A stretch of 39,015 nt of DNA from Bacteroidales bacterium. GTDB taxonomy: Bacteria; Bacteroidota; Bacteroidia; Bacteroidales; JAOZMU01. Positions 17,845-26,273 of this stretch are shown piece by piece; the stretch's first letter is position 1; every line of letters begins with the position of its first letter. A model generated the notes under the pieces. That model was not told the origin of the DNA. It searched no databases and was given only the letters and a program-made list of their open reading frames with translations. Location: assembly GCA_029934165.1 (NCBI GenBank), contig JAOZMU010000001.1, forward strand, positions 1 to 39,015, in the 5' to 3' direction. The translations under genes were made by a program, and so were the position numbers.

Positions 17845-18042
17845 TTAAGTTTTTCTTGTAAATTTTTTTAATTCACTTTCAGGGATCAAATATTTTGCAT
17901 TCTTCGATAATGGAGAAGAGTCATCTTTCGATTTCAGTCTTCCATCCTTCACCCACATGAAGATTGTAGGCCTTGAGTAGTGATGTCCTCGCTTCGCCAA
18001 TTCCTTGCGGAACTCTACGGTTGTGTAAAATTTTTCTGACAT
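17845..18042 (-). CDS. Excisionase/AlpA-family helix-turn-helix DNA-binding protein
   Basis: FYTTVEFRKELAKRGHHYSRPTIFMWVKDGRLKS fits the short winged-HTH pattern of the Xis family. Confidence 0.55.
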   Translation of the reverse strand: MSEKFYTTVEFRKELAKRGHHYSRPTIFMWVKDGRLKSKDDSSPLSKNAKYLIPESELKKFTRKT

Positions 18043-18053
18043 TTTGTAAAATA

Positions 18054-18209
18054 TTAAGTAAATGGTTTATCCTCAGAATGAGGGTTTTTTGATGCTTTCT
18101 TGCTAAGTGCTTTTTTGAATTTCTTAAAATCATTTTTTATCCAATATTCAGCAACTTGGTCTTTTTCTTTCTTTCTTTTGGCGTGAAGTCTTTTTCTAAA
18201 ATTAAGCAT
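18054..18209 (-). CDS. Small very basic ORF (51 aa)
   Basis: Hand translation MLNFRKRLHAKRKKEKDQVAEYW.... Its start overlaps the upstream stop (TAATG). Confidence 0.3.
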   Translation of the reverse strand: MLNFRKRLHAKRKKEKDQVAEYWIKNDFKKFKKALSKKASKNPHSEDKPFT

Positions 18210-18898
18210 TAATATTTAATTTTATAAAAATATCTAATCCCATCAATAATATGCTCTCCGTTATTGTTCTGCTCAATATGAGTCTCAATCGCTGATTTGT
18301 TCTTTTTCTTAAAAGCATTGATTAATGGCATTGCTGGCTTGCATAAACTACGAGGTACTTTATCCTCATCAACAATCTCTGCTGTGAGTGTTTTTTTGCC
18401 TCCTTCAACCTTCGTTACAGTTGTAGTGATAGCATTCACCTCTTTAATAATCTTTTCTTCTTCTATTGCCTCTACTTCGACAATCTCACTTTCACTTTTT
18501 CCTTCTTCTTTCATTTTGTCAATTTTTTTCTGCTTTTCCTTCTCCTTTTTCCTGTGTTCGGCTTTTGCCTTTTCTGCAATCTCTCGCTCTGTCCGTTCTT
18601 GTTCGATGTTGAACAAGTTCAGCTTATTGTTTAATAATTGCTCCGATGATGTAATAGGATGACTCAATTCCTTAGCGATTGCGTCAATCGCCTGACAAGA
18701 TTCTAAAAATGGTTCTTTCCACCTCTTTCGGTCTTTCTCAATATCAAGGCGGACATTTTTCACTTTCTGTAGGTTTCCCCTCACTGATTCTGCATTGACA
18801 GGATTCACCTGAACTGCCCTTGAGTAGGCTTTTATTTTTTTGCCTTTTTCCAAGTAGGCATTTTGCTCTTCCTGCTTTACTATTTCTGTTGTTAGCAT
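18209..18898 (-). CDS. Coiled-coil protein of the recombination module (Gp157/DUF1351-like by context)
   Basis: 229 aa with a long K/E-rich helix, located directly downstream of the Sak4-like ATPase. Confidence 0.4.
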   Translation of the reverse strand: MLTTEIVKQEEQNAYLEKGKKIKAYSRAVQVNPVNAESVRGNLQKVKNVRLDIEKDRKRWKEPFLESCQAIDAIAKELSHPITSSEQLLNNKLNLFNIEQERTEREIAEKAKAEHRKKEKEKQKKIDKMKEEGKSESEIVEVEAIEEEKIIKEVNAITTTVTKVEGGKKTLTAEIVDEDKVPRSLCKPAMPLINAFKKKNKSAIETHIEQNNNGEHIIDGIRYFYKIKY

Positions 18899-18924
18899 AG
18901 TTTTTTAATAAAAAAATAAAAGTT

Positions 18925-20100
18925 TTATAAATCTAAAGTTGGCTCTGCTTCAATTCCTGCATCCGCAATCGCCTGATCCACTTCTTTTTCAGTGACTTTC
19001 TTTCTATCGCTGATGTCAAAAGCCTCCAATGCAGAGTTTTTTGTTTTTTGTTCAGAGAAAAGTCGCATTAATTCTTTCTCTTGATCCTTAGAAAAAACCT
19101 TGGTAGTTACTGCATTTTGTATAACTTTTCCAACTTCAAGCAATTCATCAACTCCTCGGGTTTTTTCAATTTCTTCTTTGTAATGGTTAAAATAATCTTT
19201 TTGTTCTTTTTGCTCTTTCGATTCAACCTTTGGCTCTTCTTCATCAAAAGTATCATCCGGATTCTCGTAACTTGTTATTTTTAGAATTTCTTCTTTAATC
19301 GATTCAGGAACTTCGTATTTTTGCTTCAAACCATTCACAATCAATTGATTTGTTTTGCCATCATTTAACTCATCCTTAATCCATTTCGTAAACTTCTCTA
19401 GCTCGGATTTTCCAAAGGTTGGCTTTTCTGATATTTCCATTCTATTTATTCTCTCCATCCAATCCATAAAGCTCATATTTTCTCCTTCATGATTCCCAAT
19501 TCTTCCACCCCTGTTTTTTGATAAGGTTTTTTCCGAAGAATCGGTGTCAATATGATGGACCCTTGGTGTGTTTTTTCCTCCTGTAACATAAGAGTAACCA
19601 ACAATGTCAAAATATCTCGGGATTTCATACTCTGTTTTTCCGTTTAGTGCAGGGGTGATTTTTTCGATTCTATCTTCATCTTTGGTTAGTGCTTCCTGAG
19701 CAAGAAATATAACGTGCATATCCAAGTCCATGAAATCTCTAAGAATTTTCTTAATAGTCTGCGATAGTGTTCCCCAATCCCTCAATTGCATTTGCCCTCC
19801 TCTTCCCTTGGATAAGCCCTCTTTAATTCTTTCGTTTAGTTCAGTAATTGTATCCAAAACTACAGTCTCGAACTTATGCTCTCCTTTTAGGAGAAAATTG
19901 TGCAAATTTTGCAGGTCTACAACACTTCGTATATCTACATACTGAGGTTTGCTTTCTGCAACGGTAAGTAAACCGTTTTCCGCAGCCGCCCAAATAATCT
20001 TTGGAGCTGTACCTGCAAATTGAGTTTTTCCTGAACCTGCGGCACCATAAATCAAAGTCTTGATTTTGTGGCTCGATGGCTCAAATGTCTTGATTTCCAT
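18925..20100 (-). CDS. Sak4-like RecA-fold ATPase (AAA_24) with a C-terminal acidic extension
   Basis: Walker A LIYGAAGSGKTQFA and Walker B VVLDTITEL. The gene sits next to SSB and exonuclease genes. Confidence 0.7.
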   Translation of the reverse strand: MEIKTFEPSSHKIKTLIYGAAGSGKTQFAGTAPKIIWAAAENGLLTVAESKPQYVDIRSVVDLQNLHNFLLKGEHKFETVVLDTITELNERIKEGLSKGRGGQMQLRDWGTLSQTIKKILRDFMDLDMHVIFLAQEALTKDEDRIEKITPALNGKTEYEIPRYFDIVGYSYVTGGKNTPRVHHIDTDSSEKTLSKNRGGRIGNHEGENMSFMDWMERINRMEISEKPTFGKSELEKFTKWIKDELNDGKTNQLIVNGLKQKYEVPESIKEEILKITSYENPDDTFDEEEPKVESKEQKEQKDYFNHYKEEIEKTRGVDELLEVGKVIQNAVTTKVFSKDQEKELMRLFSEQKTKNSALEAFDISDRKKVTEKEVDQAIADAGIEAEPTLDL

Positions 20101-20118
20101 AAAATAAAAATTAAAATA

Positions 20119-20382
20119 TTAAATACTATTAAGTTCATAACTATCAATTTTCTCGCCCGCCATTACACGCTTAGCCTTCTCAATGTCGTGCATATATTTA
20201 TTAAACGTACTGTTCCATATTGCAGGCTTCTTCCCATTTTTCATTAAAAATTCTTCAGGAAACATTGAATCACATTTTCGCTTAAATCCTTTTGGCAAAA
20301 CATAAGTTCCACCCCTTGCAGAATCAAAAATCCTTGCACAATGTTGTATTGTAAGTTTTTCCATATTATAATTCATAATCAT
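20119..20382 (-). CDS. Hypothetical protein
   Basis: 87-aa ORF from the track. Confidence 0.5.
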   Translation of the reverse strand: MIMNYNMEKLTIQHCARIFDSARGGTYVLPKGFKRKCDSMFPEEFLMKNGKKPAIWNSTFNKYMHDIEKAKRVMAGEKIDSYELNSI

Positions 20383-20518
20383 CTATTGGTTCCTGATGTT
20401 CACACCCTTCGCAGTGCCAAATATCTTCTTCAATCTGAGTATGTCCACCCCAAGGTGCAAATTGGTCAGTCGTTACGGTTTGGGTAACCATTTTTTGCGT
20501 ACACATGGGGCAGTTCAT
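20366..20518 (-). CDS. Small zinc-ribbon protein (50 aa)
   Basis: Hand translation MNCPMCTQKMVTQTVTTDQFAPWGGHTQIEEDIWHCEGCEHQEPIDDYEL (CxxC...CxxC). Confidence 0.45.
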   Translation of the reverse strand: MNCPMCTQKMVTQTVTTDQFAPWGGHTQIEEDIWHCEGCEHQEPIDDYEL

Positions 20519-20684
20519 ATTCAGAGTAGTTAAGCTTTAAGGTGGAGAAGCTAAGATCCGAACTTTATCCCTAGCCGACCATACCCGGGACAGCGGAAAC
20601 AATTCCGCCACTTCTCCATAATTATTCGTCAGATAGTCTTTACGGCAGTTGCCAATTTCGCTTCGTCTGACTTGGTACGTTTAT

Positions 20685-20724
20685 ATTGTATCTAATAGAA
20701 TTAAAAAGTCAAGAGGATTAGTGT
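20685..20724 (-). promoter_or_regulatory. Sigma70-like promoter cassette, copy 1
   Basis: The minus strand reads TTGACT (20707-20712), a 16-nt spacer, then TACAAT (20685-20690). The 40-bp block is repeated at 23255-23294 (38/40). Confidence 0.55.
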
Positions 20725-21234
20725 TTATATTTTAAATAAAGTCGATAAATCCCAAAAAATCTCCTTCCTAAAACCATACTTCATAATTTTTCCGATCTTA
20801 AATATTTCTAAATTGTTCTTCTCGATTGATTCAATATCGATTTGTCCTCGTGTGTGATATTTTCTCGCTGTATTAATCTCAATTGCAAAGACTCGGTTGA
20901 TTCTTTTTACCTTGTTGTATTGGTTGACGATTACATAAGATTTTCCACCGGCTTTCTTCTCTCCTTCAAGATAATCAAGTTCATGCTCTCTTCCTTTGAA
21001 TAATGTTCCGAAATTAATTACCTTTATTGTTGAGCAAATCTTCAACTCCATCGACCAGTGCTGTCCACTAAATCTCAAATAACAATCATAAGGATTCTTG
21101 ATTTGATAATTCCCAATAAAAGCATTATCGGGGATTTTTTTGTAAACATAATCAAGTTGCTTAAATTGCATGTGCTTTTTAACTGCGATTGTGAATTCGG
21201 ACTGGAAGGCTTTTTCAAGATGTCTTTTTGCCAT
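20725..21234 (-). CDS. PD-(D/E)XK nuclease, RecU-like Holliday junction resolvase candidate
   Basis: PYDCYLRF...WSMELKICST...INFGTLF..REHELDYL....AGGKSYVIV resembles the RecU D...E-x-K core and its HQ..fL....GG.af motif. Confidence 0.45.
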   Translation of the reverse strand: MAKRHLEKAFQSEFTIAVKKHMQFKQLDYVYKKIPDNAFIGNYQIKNPYDCYLRFSGQHWSMELKICSTIKVINFGTLFKGREHELDYLEGEKKAGGKSYVIVNQYNKVKRINRVFAIEINTARKYHTRGQIDIESIEKNNLEIFKIGKIMKYGFRKEIFWDLSTLFKI

Positions 21235-21240
21235 TATGAT

Positions 21241-21372
21241 TTATTTTATTTTTAATTCAGTAGATAGCCTTCTTAGGGTCTTTAGTTTTTGTTCACTAAA
21301 AACACCCTTCATTCTTTTTCTGGCTGGATTCCGACTTTCAGTCCTCTTGGGAGTTAGTTTGGTCTTTTTCAT
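21241..21372 (-). CDS. Small basic ORF (43 aa)
   Basis: Hand translation MKKTKLTPKRTESRNPARKRMKGVFSEQKLKTLRRLSTELKIK. Confidence 0.3.
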   Translation of the reverse strand: MKKTKLTPKRTESRNPARKRMKGVFSEQKLKTLRRLSTELKIK

Positions 21373-21382
21373 GGTATTGTAA

Positions 21383-21940
21383 TTAGATTATTTTACGTTT
21401 TTTTAATTCTGAATAGCACCTCCAAGTTGCCTCAACGTCAGCAAGGGCATCATGTGCATCCTCGAAGTTTTTTCCAAAAAGGATCTTGTGTAATTCCTGA
21501 AGTTTCGGCCATTTATACCCAGCCCTGTTCTTTGCCGGAATTCTGCAAAATTGAGTTGTTGAATACATCGTGCAAATACTTTTTTCTTTAATTTTCGCTA
21601 AATCCATTTTTGGCATTACGAAGTAGTGCCTGTTGTACTCCCTGTCAATCATTCGTAAATCAAAACTAATATTGTGGCCAATGATTACATCGGCCTGATT
21701 GAGATTGTGAATAATTCCTTCAAGCGCCTCTGTTTGAATAAGGTCAAACCCCTTCAGATCCTCAGTTTTGATTCCGTGGACCTTACTTGCTCCTTCTTCG
21801 ATCTCAACACCATCAGGAAGTCGAAATTTTATATCAGTTTTCTCATAAACTTCTCCTTCATCGTTAATTGCCATTGAAGCAAATTGAATGATGTGATTAG
21901 TTTTGAAGCCAGAGGTTTCAGTGTCTAGAATGTAAATCAT
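21383..21940 (-). CDS. DEDDh 3-prime-5-prime exonuclease (DnaQ/epsilon-like)
   Basis: Exo I IYILDTETSG, Exo II IIGHNISFDLRMI and Exo III HDALADVEAT are present. Confidence 0.8.
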   Translation of the reverse strand: MIYILDTETSGFKTNHIIQFASMAINDEGEVYEKTDIKFRLPDGVEIEEGASKVHGIKTEDLKGFDLIQTEALEGIIHNLNQADVIIGHNISFDLRMIDREYNRHYFVMPKMDLAKIKEKSICTMYSTTQFCRIPAKNRAGYKWPKLQELHKILFGKNFEDAHDALADVEATWRCYSELKKRKII

Positions 21941-21969
21941 AATTTTATAAATTATTATTTAAAAGTTTT

Positions 21970-22386
21970 TTAAAAAAAGGGATTCGGAACTGTTTTCTTT
22001 TTCGTCTCAGCTTCCCTTGTCCGGTTCGGAACATAATCATCGCCAGAGCCACTGTCCTCGCGGGGATTATTTCCGAAACTCCATTGAATAACTTCGAACT
22101 TGATTGCCGTCCGATTTTTCTGTGTAGTTTCGTCCAGCCACTTATCCATTTTAATCTTGCAGACAAAATGATGTTCCTGCCCTTTTTTCATGAACTTGTG
22201 AATGTTCTCGGCGTTTCTCCCCCAGGCAACCAAATCCATAAAACACGGCTTTTCCACTTGCTCACCGTTTTTGTCTTTGAACTTTTCACTTGTCGCAATT
22301 GTAAAATTGCAAACCTGGGTTTCGCCGACATCACGAATTTCAGGATCACGAGTGAGTCGACCAGCAATAACAGCATGATTTAACAT
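21970..22386 (-). CDS. ssb: Single-stranded DNA-binding protein
   Basis: The OB-fold N-terminus MLNHAVIAGRLTRDPEIR...VCNFTIA....F.D.VAWGR.AE is canonical for SSB. The tail is disordered and ends PNPFF. Confidence 0.8.
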   Translation of the reverse strand: MLNHAVIAGRLTRDPEIRDVGETQVCNFTIATSEKFKDKNGEQVEKPCFMDLVAWGRNAENIHKFMKKGQEHHFVCKIKMDKWLDETTQKNRTAIKFEVIQWSFGNNPREDSGSGDDYVPNRTREAETKKKTVPNPFF

Positions 22387-22411
22387 AATTAGTTAAATTA
22401 AAAAATAAAAA

Positions 22412-22807
22412 TTATAAATACTTGGATACATTTACTAAAAGCCTTATTCTCTCCAGATGATCAGATTTATTGGTATTTTTACACATAATAAATCCCACCA
22501 TATATGCAATTTTATCGGTTTTTTTAGCTAAAAATTTAACTCTTGCTATTTTTACAGAAAAATCATAATTGATAAAATAATAAACATTACCACTCTTCGG
22601 CATGGGGAAAAGCCTAATATGCTTCACTAAATCTTTTTTTGCCTCTTCTAGTTTTGCTTTGCTTGTTCTTTTCTTGATTAATTCCACCTTGTTTAACATT
22701 AATTCAAGGGATACCAATTCTCTTTCTCCCTCTGCAATAACTAACCCCCTTTCGAAGATACAGCTTGAATAAAACCTTCCCTCTTTTTCCTTAATTACTA
22801 TTTCCAT
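22412..22807 (-). CDS. Hypothetical protein
   Basis: 131-aa ORF from the track. Confidence 0.5.
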   Translation of the reverse strand: MEIVIKEKEGRFYSSCIFERGLVIAEGERELVSLELMLNKVELIKKRTSKAKLEEAKKDLVKHIRLFPMPKSGNVYYFINYDFSVKIARVKFLAKKTDKIAYMVGFIMCKNTNKSDHLERIRLLVNVSKYL

Positions 22808-22976
22808 TTTTCTGGTTTTTTAAATTATAAAATTTCTTCAACTTCTCAACATGTTTGCAGTTTTTCCGAAAATTAAATCCCGGACAATTGCAATCATCGA
22901 AGGTCTCATAGATTAAGGTTGTGTAAATGTCACCTTTTCTTCCGGAGAATTTACAAGTGATTAAAGGCTTTTGCAT
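22791..22976 (-). CDS. SWIM-type zinc-finger protein
   Basis: CNCPGFNFRKNCKHV fits the CxCx(n)CxH pattern. Confidence 0.5.
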   Translation of the reverse strand: MQKPLITCKFSGRKGDIYTTLIYETFDDCNCPGFNFRKNCKHVEKLKKFYNLKNQKNGNSN

Positions 22977-22978
22977 GT

Positions 22979-23254
22979 CTACGCAATATTAAAGCTTGGA
23001 TAGTCTCTTTTTAACTGCTTATCCAGTTTAAGCGGATCAACAACAAATTTTTTCTCAATTATTATCATGTCGCCACAAAAATGAGGATAAAAACCTAATT
23101 TCTTTTTACATTCATCTCTGAAAACTGCAAACTCGGAGACACTTCCATACTCGAGTAAAAACTTTTTCCAAAAATCAGGCTCTCCTGTTATTTCTGTAAT
23201 TGCTTCCTTGATTGATATTTGCTTTTGCATGTTCTTATGAGTGATAGTAAGCAC
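22979..23254 (-). CDS. Hypothetical protein (true start possibly ATG 23230)
   Basis: The track ORF starts 1 nt below the -10 box of promoter copy 2, so the internal Met (MQKQISIKE...) is the more likely start. Confidence 0.5.
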   Translation of the reverse strand: MLTITHKNMQKQISIKEAITEITGEPDFWKKFLLEYGSVSEFAVFRDECKKKLGFYPHFCGDMIIIEKKFVVDPLKLDKQLKRDYPSFNIA

Positions 23255-23294
23255 ATTGTATCTAATAGAATTAAAAAGTCAATAGGATTATTGT
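23255..23294 (-). promoter_or_regulatory. Sigma70-like promoter cassette, copy 2
   Basis: TTGACT at 23277-23282 and TACAAT at 23255-23260 on the minus strand. The block is near-identical to 20685-20724. Confidence 0.55.
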
Positions 23295-23596
23295 GTTTTT
23301 TCTTTAAAAATTAAAAAAGCAATATTAGTGAAAGCATGTGATAAGTGAGATAATCCGCTCTCTTTGTCGTTTTTCTCTCCCTTACGGTGGGCTTGAATGT
23401 GCCTCATTAGAGCTGAATAATATCTTTCCTCGAAGTTATCAAGGTTTTTCCAATTATGATCGCCGTATTTTTCCGCTCCATAAGTTAAAACTTTTGCTAA
23501 TTCCTCAAGCACAACCGGAGGGATTAGATCGTAACGGAGTTTTTTCTCATCGAATTTCTTTGATTTCTCTCGGAAGGGGTAGTTTAGTTTTGGCAT
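23288..23596 (-). CDS. dATP/dGTP diphosphohydrolase N-domain-like (DUF5664 / MazZ-like all-alpha NTP-PPase)
   Basis: KLRYDLIPPVVLEELAKVLTYGAEKYGDHNWKN...YSALMRHIQAH..GE..D.ESGLSHLSHA..N..FL matches my memory of this family's signature. Confidence 0.55.
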   Translation of the reverse strand: MPKLNYPFREKSKKFDEKKLRYDLIPPVVLEELAKVLTYGAEKYGDHNWKNLDNFEERYYSALMRHIQAHRKGEKNDKESGLSHLSHAFTNIAFLIFKEKTQ

Positions 23597-23659
23597 GGAT
23601 TAGATATTAAGAAGTAAATTTACAGTTTCTAAAAATCCTTTACTGAGAAATAAGCTTAA

Positions 23660-23887
23660 TTATTTTTTTTGTGAACATTTCCATTCATCAATATCAAGTG
23701 TGAATGTTTCTTTATTTTCGATGAAGCACGTGATTGCGACGAATAATGAATTTAGACAATCTTCCCCAGCATTAATCTTAACAATTAACGAGCAGTCCAT
23801 ATGTATAAAGATTCTTTGCGAATCAACAATTCTTATACAACTTATATTACTTGCCTTCATCAAGGTTGTTCCTGAGAGAATATACAT
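23660..23887 (-). CDS. Hypothetical protein
   Basis: 75-aa ORF from the track, downstream of the primase gene. Confidence 0.4.
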   Translation of the reverse strand: MYILSGTTLMKASNISCIRIVDSQRIFIHMDCSLIVKINAGEDCLNSLFVAITCFIENKETFTLDIDEWKCSQKK

Positions 23888-23896
23888 TTTTATAAA

Positions 23897-26098
23897 TTAT
23901 TTATTAAAATATTGGATAGAGCAGATAGAGCAATTAAATCTTAAATTCCCACTGTCTTGATGGGTTGAAACAAATGCACTCGGGTCGTTGTCATCATGAT
24001 TTGGCTCTGTACATCTAACAGGGGTTGAATTAGTTTTTTGTGTAAAATAATCCCAATCTACAACCTCACCATTTTTTAATTCAAATGTCTGATTAGGTCT
24101 GGTGTTTTGTGGTTCTGTGTATGTTTTTTTGGAGTAGCTTTTTTTAGTTTTTTTTTCTTCTTCTAAAAAGAATTTCCAATTCAAATTTTTTCCAGTTTTA
24201 TTCAAAAAATATTCACAATTTTGTGGAGATGGTGCCCAATGGGTCGAAGGTGTAAGGTCTGCAACATCATCTCCAGTCTCACCGATTCCGAAGTGCTTTA
24301 AAATGCTTTTTTTCACTTGTTTGTATTCTGCTATTTTGATGTGAAGCGGTTCAATTTTAAAAATTATCCTAAACCTATCAACACCACCTCCTTTTTCAGT
24401 TTTGTGTTTTTTTGTTGAGGCAATTATAAAATTATATTCTTTAAATCTTTCTCTTGCTTCTGCTATTTTAAGTTCTTTGCAATCTTTATTATCAATGTCA
24501 AAGATTAAAAGATTATCTCCACCTATCCAGTTTTCTTGTTTCCTGGTTCCTTTGAGGATTGCTGGCATATATTTTTTACTTCCGCAGATTATGTTTTTTA
24601 ATTCACTGAATTTTATTTGTTTTTCTTTAAAATTCAGACATGATTCCAACTTGCTTTCGCCGATTAGAATACGGCAAATCTCGCCAGAGTCTTCTAATTG
24701 TTCTCCTTCGATTGAATACGATATTGAATTTCCTTTTTTTATTTCTATTAGTTTCTCGTTTTTCTCTTCTTCGCATAGCGACTTAACTTGTTCAACAATT
24801 GTAAGTAAAAATTTAGTATCATCTCTTCTTTTTCCAAGAATGCTTTTTCCTGATTCTTGTTTTGCTGTTCTTAATTGTGTTAAGTTCGTTTTTCCTTTTT
24901 TCTTGATAAATAAATACATCGCCATTGCTTTGTCATCTTCAATAATATGGAAAAATCTTTCCATATACTTTGAATATTGCTCAGTGAGTTTTATTGATTT
25001 GTTTACAGAATCTTCATCAATAAACTTTTTAGCGTCTAGGAATGTTATAATTGCAGATAATTTTAAACACTTCCACCACCTATTTTTCTTTTCTGCATCA
25101 AGTGTCTCATCTTGATTTGTGCAAGACTTGAAGCATTTGTCTTTATATTTAAATAATGCTTTTCCTCCATCCTTACTTAAATCAAAAGTGTGTGGTGTCT
25201 TATACCACACTTCATTTCCTTTATGACTGTATGTAGATATGTCTTCTTCTACTTTTGTAAATATTCCTCTAAGTTCTTTTTTCTCTTGTTCCAAAAAATC
25301 CCATTCTTCTTGCCAATATTCTGATATATCTACACTCTCACCCTTTTCAAAATCACTGGGGAAGCAAAGAAAGCTTCTCCTCGCAAGTCCAGTGTCTAGG
25401 AAACTTTTAAGTGTTGCTGTCGCTTTATCGTCATCAACTAACCCAATCAGAGACGAAAATGCAAACATTGTCTGAGGAATTCCCTTACTTGGTGATAGTG
25501 TCATTTCTGATTTTGTAAACTTTGCCTTAGCAGATCCCTCATATACATTGTTTAGGTAGTTTAATATCCCTCCAGCTGAACTATTTGTTGAAATGTATTT
25601 CCCTAGTTCTGAATTCGCAAAATGTAAATATCCTATTTGCTCATTTTGAAATGCTAACCTCATCGACTCAAGCCCTTCTGGCGTTGCATTATCTGTTTCG
25701 GTTTCTAACTCCCGGACCGGTCTTTCATTTATATATGCTTGTAGTTTTGCCTTTGTCAATTGTCCTTTTTTTATTAATTGTTCAGCCTTCCCCCTGATGT
25801 CTTTTCTCCTCGAACTAGATATTTCTTTGCAAATATTTTGTTTGTTTTCAAAGAAAGGTATACACTCTTTGATTTTTGTTACCATTATGTCTTTACCCCC
25901 ACCAGAGGAATAAAACATTATTGAATACAAATTCGGGATAACAAAATTATCCCCACGGATTCTTATTCTGGTTCGATTAAAACAAAGCATTTCTGATATT
26001 GCTGTATAGATTGCCATGTAAATTATGGACTTAGGAGTTTCAGGAAACTGTCTATGTGCATAATCTGCAAGTCGGTCTGTGATTGTTTGGTTTATCAT
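23897..26098 (-). CDS. Replication protein: DUF3987-type helicase-like N-terminal region, AEP/VirE-like primase region, C-terminal CHC2-like zinc finger
   Basis: SSGGGKD P-loop-like motif and GLARRSFLCFP (DUF3987-like). LLIFDIDNKD and STKKHKTEKGGGVDRFRIIF (DxD / H motifs). RCTEPNHDDNDPSAFV...FNCSICS (C-H-C-C). Confidence 0.7.
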   Translation of the reverse strand: MINQTITDRLADYAHRQFPETPKSIIYMAIYTAISEMLCFNRTRIRIRGDNFVIPNLYSIMFYSSGGGKDIMVTKIKECIPFFENKQNICKEISSSRRKDIRGKAEQLIKKGQLTKAKLQAYINERPVRELETETDNATPEGLESMRLAFQNEQIGYLHFANSELGKYISTNSSAGGILNYLNNVYEGSAKAKFTKSEMTLSPSKGIPQTMFAFSSLIGLVDDDKATATLKSFLDTGLARRSFLCFPSDFEKGESVDISEYWQEEWDFLEQEKKELRGIFTKVEEDISTYSHKGNEVWYKTPHTFDLSKDGGKALFKYKDKCFKSCTNQDETLDAEKKNRWWKCLKLSAIITFLDAKKFIDEDSVNKSIKLTEQYSKYMERFFHIIEDDKAMAMYLFIKKKGKTNLTQLRTAKQESGKSILGKRRDDTKFLLTIVEQVKSLCEEEKNEKLIEIKKGNSISYSIEGEQLEDSGEICRILIGESKLESCLNFKEKQIKFSELKNIICGSKKYMPAILKGTRKQENWIGGDNLLIFDIDNKDCKELKIAEARERFKEYNFIIASTKKHKTEKGGGVDRFRIIFKIEPLHIKIAEYKQVKKSILKHFGIGETGDDVADLTPSTHWAPSPQNCEYFLNKTGKNLNWKFFLEEEKKTKKSYSKKTYTEPQNTRPNQTFELKNGEVVDWDYFTQKTNSTPVRCTEPNHDDNDPSAFVSTHQDSGNLRFNCSICSIQYFNK

Positions 26099-26273
26099 TT
26101 TGGCGAATTAAAAAAACAAACAGACAATTCATACAAAAAAAAGTCATTCGCCAAAATGCACTCTAGTATGAACTGCCTGTTTGTTGTTTTAATTTTTTTG
26201 TGCATATTTTACTGTTGGCGAATGAAAGTGTTTTTATCATACAGAATTTTTAGAAAAAATCAAGAACATTGTC

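Noticed and set aside
18069-18090. Plus-strand intrinsic-terminator-like hairpin (ATCCTCA-gaa-TGAGGGT followed by T6) inside the minus-strand block
   Set aside because: No plus-strand transcription unit is evident upstream, so I cannot assign it a role. It might stop antisense transcription, or it may mean the 51-aa ORF 18054-18209 is not real. Not reported as a feature.
20544-20617. A second tRNA gene (74 nt with a 7-bp closing stem)
   Set aside because: On either strand the anticodon arm would need a 15-nt loop and the T arm has only a 3-bp stem. No CCA or canonical G18G19/T-loop combination is present. At best it is a degenerate tRNA-like relic.
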